Source of the DNA: Lama guanicoe
Taxonomy: Eukaryota
Direction of reading: 5' to 3'
DNA: 64,000 bases
Assembly: GCA_013239625.1 (NCBI GenBank)
Contig: MU053588.1
Coordinates: forward strand, 3,190,799 to 3,254,798
The first letter of the stretch is position 1. Every line of letters begins with the position of its first letter. Both the position numbers and the translations under genes were made by a program. The notes under the pieces are model-generated. The model ran no database searches. It saw only the letters and a list, made by a program, of their open reading frames with translations, and was not told where the DNA came from. Below, piece after piece: positions 1 through 12,000 of the stretch.

Positions 1-3000
1 CCGCTCTGGCGCAGGTGGCAGGTGGCGCTGGTCAGGCACCAGCCACAGCCCTGGTCCGCCAAGCAGCCCAGGCAGGAGGAGTAGGAGGCACAGGCTGATG
101 AGCGGTAGGGCTCCAGGAAGAAGAAGGAGATCTCCTGGGGGAGGGGGTCATATGAGGTCAGTGGTCCATGATCCAAGTCAATGTTTGGGGTAGAGATCAG
201 AGGTTGGAGCTACAGGCTTAAGTGTCTGAAGACAAGGCTGAGAACTCAGGCACATAGAAGTTAGGATTTAGGACATCAGCAGATGAAAGGGGATCAGGGT
301 TTGAGAGAATCCAGAGATCAGAGATCAAAATATGGATGGCAGAAGTTCAGGGTCAGATGGGTCAGGGCAGGAGGAGTCAGAGTTGTGGGCAGGGGTCAGA
401 ATATGAGATCAGGTCAGACGCTGGGGGTCAGAGGCTACAGCCTGGAAGGTTTAAGGTGAGGCCCAGAATTCAACAGTCAAGGAGTAAGAGGTCAGGGTCA
501 AGGGAGTTAATTTGTGCCCTTGCGTTCAGAAAGCCCAAGGCATCTGAGGCCAGGGCCTGGGGGCAGGGTCAGAAGCAGGGACCTGGGTACTCACGCTGCC
601 ACCTGGCACGCCAGTTCGGTCCCACAGCAGGGTAAGTTCGCTGTGCCCAGGGCCCGCCGAGCCGTTGAGCTGGCCCCGGATCTCTACTGCGTACTTGTGG
701 CCCCGGCCAGGCAGTGGGAAGAGGCGACCGGACCCTGGGCGCTGAAGCCGCCTCGTCTCCTTCTCCTGCTGAGCTGCCCAGCGCCCCACCTCCTCCTAGG
801 GTAGGGTGAGGAGCAGACAGGGGCCTCAGAACCTTCCACCCACACTCTGACCCCTGACACCAAGAGCCCCAAACCCAGCTAGTACCCACCGCGTCCTGAG
901 AAGAGGGCCTCGGAGTTCCTTAGACCCCAAGAACCTCCAAGTGCCCCCAAACCTCCTGACAACCCACCTCCTCCTTAGGGGAGTTTGACTTGGTAACTCA
1001 GACTTTTCCCCTTCTTTAAAACTGCCCCCCCCCATTGTTTACAACTGGAAACACCAGGGTCCTCCCTCCACTAAGGATATATCCCATGCCTATGATTTCT
1101 CCCTAGTCCTCCTCTGCACCACACATCCAAGCCCCCATATTTACCATAAACAGTCCCCTGAATGTCCCAGGTACCCTCACCATGTCTTCTGTGTCGGGGC
1201 CACGCGCCATCCGGGCTAGTACATGCAGGCGCTGGGCCCGGGCCCACACAGCCACGTCCTCAGCCCCTGGCCCACCAGGCCCTCCTGGCAGCAGTGGGTG
1301 GATGAAGCCACGATAGACCAGAGACACATCCGTCTCCGGGCTAGGTGTCAGGGTGATGGTCGTACTGCGGACAATCAAGACCTGTGCCAGCCAAGGAAGG
1401 AGGTGTGCATGAGGACTTCTCTGCATGGCCCCATGGTCCCCACACCTCTGCAGCCACTTCAGAGCCAGAGAAGACCAGGCAACTCAATCTTCTTCCCTAT
1501 TTTACTAAATGCGAGACTGAGGCCAGGAGCGGGGAGACAGCTTGCCCACAGTCACTCTGGGAGAAGAGCCGGGACTCCACTCAGAAAGCAGACCACAGAG
1601 TCCCAGCCTCTGCTCATCTCCACCTCTCAGTAAACTCCAGGACCCAGGACCTTTCCACATCCTCTTCCTCAACACTCCATCTTTCCACCTAAGCCCTTAA
1701 GAGTCCAGATCCCTTAACTAGGGGGCCTGGAGAACTTCCAGGTTAGTGAACATATCCCTGTGTCAGAATGGTGTCGCACCCCAACTCCATGGGGAGAGAA
1801 GACCATGTGCTCAGGCCCCTTCTGGACCTCACCCTATGTATCATGTCCTTTGTTATACAATGAACCAGTATAGAAGTTCTAAGTTTAAAAAAAAAGTCCA
1901 GATCCAACATTCAAATCAACAGACATACTACATGATTTATTGCTAGTATGTGTTTTTGTAATTATAAAAGAGTGGAACAAGCCAAGTGTTCATCATAGGA
2001 GACTGTTTAAATAAACTAGTACTACAGCATCAGAATGTAAATGGAATATTATGAAACTGTTAGAAAAAAGAAAGGGTGTTTCCCACTTTCTGTGATGGGG
2101 AAGCTTGCTAGGATGCATTAAGAAAAAAAAGGAAGCGGTAACACAGCACTGACAATATATTACTTTCTGTGCAAGAAAGAAAAATAACTAAATATCACAT
2201 TCACTTGTATTTGAATAGGTAAACTCTGGAAGGATATAAAAGAAATCCAAATGAATCTTCTGGGGAGAATTAGGATGGTCTTGAGTTGGGGGATGCTGAG
2301 GCCAGCTTCCCACACTGAGGGGTGGGGAATGGGGTAGGTGGAAGAGATTTTTCACTCAACCACTTTTTACATTGTTGTGGTTTTTGAACCATGTACCTAG
2401 AAAAACCAGTAAGGAACCACTATACTAAAGTTTGGTGATTCCTTAGTAAGTTAAACATAGAATAACCCTATGATCCAGCAATTCTGCTCCTACATACCCA
2501 AAAGAATTGAAAATAGGTTTTCATTGCAATATATGCAAATATCTGATCATTATGTTGTAAACTTGAAACTAATGCAAGGTTTTTGTCAATTATACCTCAA
2601 TAATAAAATAAGAAAAAAAGAGAGGTATTCAGACAAAAACTGATAAACATATGTTCACAGCAGCGCTAGTCATGAAAGGTGTAAACAACCCAAATGTTAT
2701 CAGCTGATGAATGTATGTGGCATGGCCATACAATGGAATGGGAATGTTATTCAGCCATAAAAAGGAATGAAGTTCTGACACATGCCACAACATGGATGAG
2801 CCTTGAAAAGATTATGCTAAGTGAAAGAAGTCACACACAAAAGCCCACATATTATTTGATTCCATTTATATGACCTATCCAGAGTTAACAAATCCAGATA
2901 CAGAAAAAGGTTAGTGGTTGCCAGGAGCCAAGGGGAGAGAGGGGAATGGAGAGTGATTACTTAATGGAACCCAGGTTTCCTTTTTGGGGTAGAAAAAAAT

Positions 3001-6000
3001 GTTCTGGAAGTAGATAGTGGTGATAGCTGCAAATCTTGTGAATGTGCTAAATGTCACTAACGGTAAATTTTATGTTATGTGTATTTTACCACAATTAAAA
3101 CAAAATTTTTTAAGTCAGTAAGGAAAATCAGAGCCTTGAATGTAACGACTTATGGGGTAAACACAAGAGTGACAAAGTCATTTGAAAAGTGAAAACTCGA
3201 GGACCAGGCCCTTTAACACTTCATGCTGGGTCCCATTCCCTGGCTCCCCACCTTGTCAGGCTGGGAGGCATTGGGTGGCTGCTGGAAGGTGAGCAGGTGC
3301 AGGCCAGGCAGGAAGCTCTGGGTGACACAGGCCTCCAGGGAGGTAACGAAGACAGGTGCGGGCCCCCACCAGCCCACGGTGCCTGAGATCTGCTCCCCTC
3401 GGCAGCGGGCCTGCTCTGTGAGGACAGGAGGGTGGGGAGATGGGAGTTGGTGTAGGGGGCCGAGTCTTCCCCTCCCACACTGCCACTGGACACTCACCAG
3501 GCCGAGGGAGGCAGCTCTCATTGTGTACGCACCAGCCCAGGGCACCAGGCCCCCGGGGAGGAGCTGTGGTGCTGCTGAACGCCAGGCAGGCCTGGCAGTC
3601 ACCCAGGAGGCGGCCCAGGCCCAGGCAGCTAGCAGCTGGACACTGCAGAGAAGGGAAAGACGAGGTCACTATATACTGGGGGCTTAAGGGTCCTGAGAAG
3701 AGCTGCGGATTCAAAAATCTTGGGGCAGAAAGGTCAGGATATTGGAGAAGGGAATTGAAAGCCAGGTTGGCATGAGAAAGATCAAGAGGGCACAGATGGG
3801 GAATTCAGGGACAGGGTCATAAGTTCAAAAGGATCGGCAACGGGGTCCAAGGTTCAAGGGTCAGCAGTCGGGAGTCAGGAATGCCAATCTTAGATGTGAA
3901 AACAAGTCTCTCAAGTGCAGGTAAGTCCTTTACTTGGTTTGGGCAGAAGGAGACACTGAGGACCAGGTTTCTGTGCCAGGAGACAGAGTACTAGGACAGT
4001 CACTCACAGCCCCCGAGGGAGTCCCAGGAGGCGGTGCAGCTTGGCAGGCCCCCTGACACCAACTGCATTCGGGGTCTCGGGAGCAGACGCTGTGGTCCGT
4101 GTACATGGAGCAATAGTCCAAGTGGTACTGCAGAGAGATGGGCAAGGAGGAGGGGGTGCCTCAGACCTGAGGCCTGCTTCCAGGTCCCTACTCACTTTGA
4201 TTATCCCAGGGAACCCCTACTGCTCAGCACCTTGAGGACCCCCATCCACTTCTCCCCCCAGCTCCAGGGACCACTGCTCTTCTGCCCTCAGCCCCAGGGA
4301 CATCATTCCTCCTCTCTGGGACCTGGGGACTGACCTCCTTCCTTTCATGGCCCTAGGGACCTCCACTCCTTCTCCCAGGGAACCCCCGCAACTTCCTCCC
4401 TCAACCGTGAGAACCACCCTACCTCCTCCCCAGCCACCCTCTCCCTATCACCCCAGTGCTCACATCTGGAGCAGGCGCCTGGAACACAAACGGAGGCACC
4501 TTATAGGCCATCAAGTCCCCACGGGGCCGGCCACTGTATCCCCCAGCCACCAACAGGACACTGCCACCAAGCACAGCCGCCACATGTGAGTACCGACCAC
4601 TGGGAGGCGCTGCTCGGCCTAGAAGAATACAGACCCCCAAGGACATGAGACCACCCCTAACCTCAACGGCCACCTTCATGGCTCCCCACCCAAAGGACCA
4701 CCCCCGGCTCTCCTACACCTCAGCCCAGCCTCCTGGGCTGCGTCAGCCCCACTTGCCCAAGAAAACTCTCCCGGACTGCCTGGCCCTGCTCTAGCCCTAG
4801 TTCTCTCACCTTTTGGAGCTCCCACACCATTACCCAAGTCATCTTTCACACAGAGCATGATCTCTGGGGTCAGAAAGACTTGGGCTCAAATCCTGGGTCT
4901 ACCACTTCCTTGGGTTCAAATCATGGATCCACTACTGACTAGTTATGTAGTCTTGGACAAGAGACTTGATTTCTCTGAGTCTTGGTTTCCTCTATATAAG
5001 AACCATCACCTCACCCTTGGGGAGCTATGCAACAGGCTGCTTGGCTCTCACCTGTTCTTGTCTGACACCAGCCTCCCTTCCAATGACAGCCTCTGATTCT
5101 CCTCTGGAAAACTACCCCTCCCACTCAAAGTCCACCAGGCTCAAGTCGAGCTGTCCCGGCCCCTGGCAGCAGCGGGGCTTTAGCCAAGGCCTATCAGGGT
5201 GGGTGACTAGTTCGTGGAGGGGACCCAATTCCTACAGTTCTTGGGAAAAAGGTACTCTCTTCCCTCTGGGCATTTTAAAGGGGTAGAATATCATCCCAGA
5301 GCTGCTGGTGACCATCTACAAAAGGCAAACCTACTAGAGACCGAAGGAAACCCCGCTGAGAACTGGGGAGAGAAATGGCTGATGCCATCATGTGAGCACC
5401 TGGATCCAGGCAGCCTGCAGCCAGTCTTCGCTCAAGTGGGTCAAGAAATTAATTTTGCTTAAGCTGGTTGGGTGGGGTTTCTGTCACTGACAAGCAAGAG
5501 TCCTGCTGATGGGTGAAGTAGTCAGTGATTGGTGAACCCTTCACCCTCTCTAACTGACCTGTATGCTCTGTAAGTGCATGGGACTTGGCCCAGGGGATCA
5601 AAATCTACAAAGAAGGAACAAGCCTCCAGAAACCTCACTCTGGGCGACCCAGTGAAGGGGCCTAAAGGAGGGACAAGGACAAGCAGTGGAGCCCTGGATT
5701 GGAGGCCTTGAATGCCAGGCCAAGGCTTTTTTCCTGATGGTCAAAACAGAGTTCCTTGGGGACCCTTCCTCCTGCCCACCCCTTAAATGTTACTGAACCT
5801 TCTTTTATGCTTGTCCTTTGTCCTTACTCTTCTGTTTAGCAGGGTGGGGAGAACAGAGGGGCCTCTGGGAAGCCCACAGCCCCCTGAAAGGATATGCCCA
5901 GTTTGCGCATACAAGTGTCTGAGAAGCGGGCCTGTGGCTTTCCTCCCACTTGCAAAGCAGTCTCTGATCTAATTAGTTTGAAAAGTTTTTCCACACCCAC

Positions 6001-9000
6001 TTCCCGGTAAGCCCTCCAGCCCTGTGCTATTAGAAGGACAAGGTACTGAGCCCTTCACTGGACTGTCTTTATTCTTCACCTCATTTTACTCAATTTAGTC
6101 TCACAACAGCCCAGTGGTTTCAGTGTTATTAGATTTTACAGAAGGGAAGCTCAGGCACAGAGAGATTAAATGTTGGTTTTTGTACAAATGGTTGTTCGGG
6201 AACAGCCATCCTGGTTCTGCAACTTGCCCACCATCTGACCTTGAAGAAGTCACTTCTCCTTAAGCAGTTTTCTGGGGCAGCTGATAATTGGCAAAACCTG
6301 GACTGGAACCTAGATTTGATGCTGCTGTAACTGTCTCCCATCTCCATGGCAACAGAGTCCCGGTCCTGTCTCCAGTGAAGGCGTGCCTCCTTGAGGCCAG
6401 CTCCAACAAGATGTCTGGCTCATCCTGGCAAGGACTGGGGTGGCTCCTGCCCAAAGCCCAGATTCACTGTAGGGGGAAGTGTGACCCTCAGGAGCCCCTC
6501 ACAGAAACAGGGGGGCCAACTCACCCTCAGGGGTTCCTGGTGGGGCAAGTTCAGCCCCCGACACCCACTGATGGCAGCCGAGGTGGTAGAAGAAGATACC
6601 ATCTTCGTAGCACTTTTCCTCCTGGTAATGGGTGTGCACGTTGCCCCCTGGGAAAGGAGCAAAGGGGCACAGCCGGCAAGTCTGGGGGAGGTGAGGACAT
6701 GCATGCAGGGAGCCTCATCTCAAGGTTGGCCTGGGCCCCTGGCAGGCAGGTAGGTGGAATCAGGGGGCCTCCTCACCATAGACCACCATGTAGTTGCCCA
6801 GGACACTGGCCGTGTGGAAGGCTCGCTCCCGTGGGCCCTGAAGCCCATCCCGGCCCTTCAGGGTCGTCCACACACATCGATCCACATGGAAGAGCTCAGT
6901 AGAGTTCACCCGCACAGAGAACCTGTCAGGGAGGGGTATGGGGGAGCTCAGGGGAGAAAGGCCTCTCTCCTTTCTCTGGGCTCTTAAGAGTCATGTGATC
7001 ACCCAGGGTTGAGACTGACTTTACTGGATTTATATCCCCTCAGAACCATAAGCTCCCCACAGGCAGGACCCAGGTCTGACTCATTTCTGGGTTCCCAGCA
7101 TAATCTAGCCAGGGCGAGACACTGAGCAGGGGCTGGTGGAATGGATGATGAGTGGGAGTGTGTGGGGAAACAAGTGACCAAGAGATTGAATGAAAGATTA
7201 GAGAATAAGTGAGTGGGTGAGTAAATGAGTGAAGGAAGGAAGGAAGGAGGGACTGAGTGACTACAGGAGTCCATCAGTGGGCAAAGACCACCAAAGACTA
7301 AAGGTGCAGGGTGTTGGACCAGGCCTGGCCCTGCAACGCAGGGATTGTGGGGCAGGTCACTCACCGGGCAGTGGAGGGCCGGTGTCCACCATGAACCAGC
7401 AGGGCACGAGATGGGGCGTGGAACACCATGGAATGGCCAGTGGCAGCAGGGGGCCGCCCACCTGCTGGAATCACCTGTTCCCAATAGCCTCCACTGGTGC
7501 TGTCAAGGCGGAAACGGAAGAGGCCGGAGGAGAAGAGGTCGTGCTGGGTGCGGCCACCAGACACATAGAGCCAGATGTCATCCACTAGGGCTGCCGCATG
7601 ACCTGCCAGGCCCGGCGGCCCTGAGGAACTGGAGGCAGGTGGTGCCAGAAGCTCCCAGTGGCCACTGCCCAGTGGGCTAAAGGCCCAAACGTCGCTGGTG
7701 AGGGAGCCATCAGCCAACTCACCGCCCATCAGCACCAGGGAGCCGGCCCAGGCCACAGCCACATGGGAGTGACGGGCAGCCTGTGAAGAAGAGATCAGGA
7801 GACAGAGATGGAGAGGGGAACAGAGGATGACACATAAAAAGGGAAAGGCAAAGAGAGATGCAGAGACAGAGAAAAATGGAGAGACAGAGATACAGAAAAG
7901 GATGGAGAGAAAGTTGAGACAGAGACAAAGACAGAGATATGCAAAGTGAGAAAAGAAGGGAGATGGGCCCAGAAAGACAAACACACACGAATAAAAAGAC
8001 AGATGAAACAGAGAAACACAGTAAGAGAGGGAGGAGTCAGGGAGAAATGACAGAAACAGAGGGACAACCCAGACAGAAGGAGACATAGAGGCCAAGAGAG
8101 AGCAGAAGACCAAGAGTCAGAGACAAAAATGGAAAGATGGAGCAAGAAAGACAGGAGACACAGAAAGATAAGATACAGAAAGGGAGACAGAGGAAGAAAA
8201 AAGAAAATCAGAGATAGAAAAGCAGAAGTGGGAGGGGTTGGTGTTCCTGTAACAAGCTGCAGGGCTGGGGGTGCATGGGGTAGTGGGGTCGCTCCAGGGT
8301 GCCCTGGTTGGGTCTGACAGTGGACAGGTGCCTCTGGGCAGGGCAGAGGTGGGGTCCATACCGGGGCAGGACTCAGGTCCCAGCGTTCCCAGGAATTGGC
8401 AGAGAAGTTATACAGGACGAGGTCACCCAGGGCGCTGTTGAGGTCCTGGCCTGTGGAGGGATGGGCAGTCTCAGGCCCTGGACACAGGCTGCCAGGCCTC
8501 CAGACCCCAGACTCCTGTCCTATCTGCTCACCTCCAAAAACAGCCAGCAGCCCCGGTGGAGACAGGAAGGCACCAGCTGCTCCAATACGGGCAGAGAAGG
8601 CGGGGTCCCCAGCACTCACGTTGTGCCACCAGCCAGCCCCCTGGTTCTCCCACAGGTGCAGGTCACAGGCACGTCCCAGGAAGCCAGGCTCACAGCGGCA
8701 TGGTCCCAAGGGCTGGGGTAGGGACACACAAAGGCAGGGACAGAGAGAGAAAGAGACAGATGGGGAGGAGAGACACAGCCAGAGTGAGGCAGACAGGGCA
8801 GGAAGGAAGAAAGAGAGAGATATGCAAGAAAGAAGAGGATGGAAAAATAAAGACAGAGAGACAAAGAGAGAGACAGTTAGGAGACAGGCCAACAGACAGA
8901 GGAAAAGAGGGATACAGAGCCACAACCAGAGGGAGTCAGAGAGGTGGAGAAGAGAAGACAGACCAATAGAAAAGGGGAAAGGAAGAAGAAAAAGACCCAG

Positions 9001-12000
9001 AGAGAAAAATGAGGACAGAAAGAAAGACAGTTTGAAGAAGAAAGACAGTGGTGAGGTCAACGTCAGCCTGGGCTGGAGGAGCTCAGATCTGGGGAGGTCA
9101 AGGCAGGGAGGGATCAAGGCACCATCCAGTCCCAAAGCTGGATATGCATGGCCTGCGCCCAAAGTCCAGTGGTCAAAAGTCAGAAGTCATGACTGGGGGC
9201 CCAAGGCCAAAAAGAGGGCTGGGTGGGAGGATGGAGTCGGGCTTGGCAGGAGGAAGGAAGGTGGGTTCACAGATGAGAGGTAGGTTACAGATGAGGATGG
9301 TAGAGGGCTCAGGCAGAGGAGGGGCCCCAGGTGATGGTGGGGTGGGGCTGGAGTAACAGGTTGGGGAGTGGTACCAGGAAGGAGAGGGAAGTACTGTGAG
9401 AGAGAACAGGGTCCCTGGCAGGGTCAGCGTCCTGGGAGAGGGTGGGATGGCGAGGTTGTTTCAGGCAGGGGTAGAGTCAGATCTAGGAGATGGGAGTGGT
9501 GGGTGTAATCACAAAACAGGGCCCAAAGGGACACAGCTGGGGACAGGCTCACCGAGGCGCAGGTGCCATGGCTGCCACAGTAGGCTGGGCACTCCTGCAG
9601 GCCGCAGTCAGGGCCCCCCCAGCCCGGCTCACAGACACACACCCCCGGGGACAGGCACTGCCCGTGGCCGCGGCAGCCCCCCGGGCACAGGGAGAAGCGG
9701 AATGAGGCGTTGAAGCCCAGCAGGTTGTAGTTGGCATCACTGAAGAGGTGCAGCAGCATCTGCAGGCACAAGGTGGGCAAGGCTCTGGGATTGGACTGAG
9801 AGGGGGGTCTGCTCCTGCCCCAACCCTACCCTGGGGATCCCCATCTCCTTTGTCTCTTTCCACCTTTCTTTGTCCCTTATCCTTCTGCCTGAGGCCAAGC
9901 CCCTCCCCCTTTTTGTTTCCCTCTGTGTATCTGTCACCCTCCCCCACCGCCCTGTCCTGCACACTCCACTTGGACCCTCCAGCCACAGGCCCACAGCCTG
10001 GCTCCACCAACCTTGCCTGAGGAAGCCTCGATGGGCGGAGGGCGGGTGCTCCCACTCAGACTGGCAAGCAGGGGCCCTCGGGGGGAGTCACCATCATACA
10101 CAAACAGGTAGTCATACGTGCATTCGGTGTCCAGGAAAAGGAAGTCTAACAGGATCCGGTGCTGGGGGCTTGGGGCTGGGCAGTGAGGACAAAAGGGCCA
10201 GATTCAGATATGGACCCTCTCCCCACACCTCCATGCAGCCCACCCACAAACACAAAGCCCTCCTCCTCCTCAGGAGGCTGGGGGTCCAAAGATGAGTGAG
10301 ACCTGGGCCTTGCCTTCAAGGGGCTCCCAGGCTCATTGCTTGGGGAGGTCAGCGCTGTAACAGCAAGGACAGGCGCTCAGAGAAGGAATTACAGTATCAG
10401 CCCTGGAAAGGACTCCTGAGAGCTGGCTGAACACCCTCTACTATTCAGATGGGAAAACTGAAGTGCAGAGAGGAAGCCCATCCTAGTGGTCACACAGAAC
10501 TGTTTCCTTTTATTCTTGAGCCTCAGAAACGCCCAAGCCTGAGGGTCAGGATCCAGGCCTGAGCAGAGAGGCAAACTCCTAGATGGAAACAGGCCCTGTT
10601 CCAGGTTCAAAAGAGCTGAGGGAAAGGTCTGTTTCTTCCCCCGGGGCAAAGGCTGAAACTTGGAGAGCCACAGCTCCTCTGCCCCAACACACAGTCTCAT
10701 CTTTCTGTTCACAGTAGTAGTGAAGGGCACAGCAAAGGGCACAGACTCTGGAGTCAGGCTGCCTAGGCTCAAATCTTGGGTCTGCCACTTCCTAGCTACT
10801 AGCTGTGTGATCTTGGGCAATCACCTAACCTCTCTGGATCTGTTTTGTCATCCGTAAAGTGGGGACATAATTACTGGATTCAAATTTCTTGGCCACTCCT
10901 CCCATGAAGAGATGAGGGCTGAATCCCTGCCCTTCGTATCTGGGAAGAGCCTCAGAGACTAGCTTGGCCAATACAAAGCGGCAAAAGTGATGTTCTGGGA
11001 TTTCCAAGGCTATATCAGAGGAAGTCTTGCAGCTTTTACCTGGGCCTCATAGAATACTCTTTCTCAGAACACAGCTGTCATGCTATGAAAAGCCCAGGCC
11101 ACACAGAGGGACCACGAGTAGGTGTCCCAGCTGCCAGCCCCAGCTGAGCTTCGAGCTGACAGACAGCATCACCTGCCAGCCCTGTGAAGGAGCCTTCTTG
11201 GACACCTGGCCCAGGTGAGCGTTCAGATGACTGCAGTCCCTGATGACATCCGACTATGACCACACAGGAGGCAATAATGCACATAAAGCACTTATGACAG
11301 GCCCACCACTTTCTAAGTGCCACTACTCCTAACACTGCCACTATATTTTTTTCAAGTTCTCCCTTTGCTTTTATTTCCACTTTTCTCTTTTTTATTCTAT
11401 TTTCTTTTTATTGAAGCATAGTTGATTTACAATGTTGTGTTAGCTTCAGGCATACAGCAAAGTGATTCAGTTATACATAAACATATAAATCTATTATTTT
11501 TCAGATTCTTTTCTGCTATAGGTTATTATAAGATAGTAAATACAGTTCCCTGTGCTATACAGTAGGCCCTTGTTGGTTACCTGTTTTATATATAGTAGTG
11601 TGTATATGTTAATCCCAGACTCCTAATTTATCCCCCCTCGACCCCCTGCACTGTCACTATTATTGCTGTTTGCCAGATCGTGGTTCCAGAAGGTTCTCTC
11701 ATCCCACATCTCACACTAGGGGCTCAGGGAAGTCTTCTGAGCTATGGAAACTGGGAGATTTGGGTTCCAGTTCTGCTCCTGACCTGCTGGAGGTCCCTGG
11801 GCCAGCCCCTTTCTCCATGCTCCTCAGTACACCCACCTGCATACTAGAGATGCTCATCCTCTACACACAAGCTGTGTGATCTTGGGCCAGTTCCATGGGG
11901 TCTCTGATCCTCAGTTTCCTTGATGTAAAATGGGGATAATTCTCCTCACCCACTAAGGCTGGTGTGAAAATCCCAGATGGCGACTCTAACACGCCAGCAC

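Noticed and set aside
7795..9162. 455-aa minus-strand ORF rich in Leu/Ser/Phe/Cys
   Set aside because: A composite of MEGF8 exons 4-5 and UC-rich intronic low-complexity sequence that lacks stops; not a separate gene.
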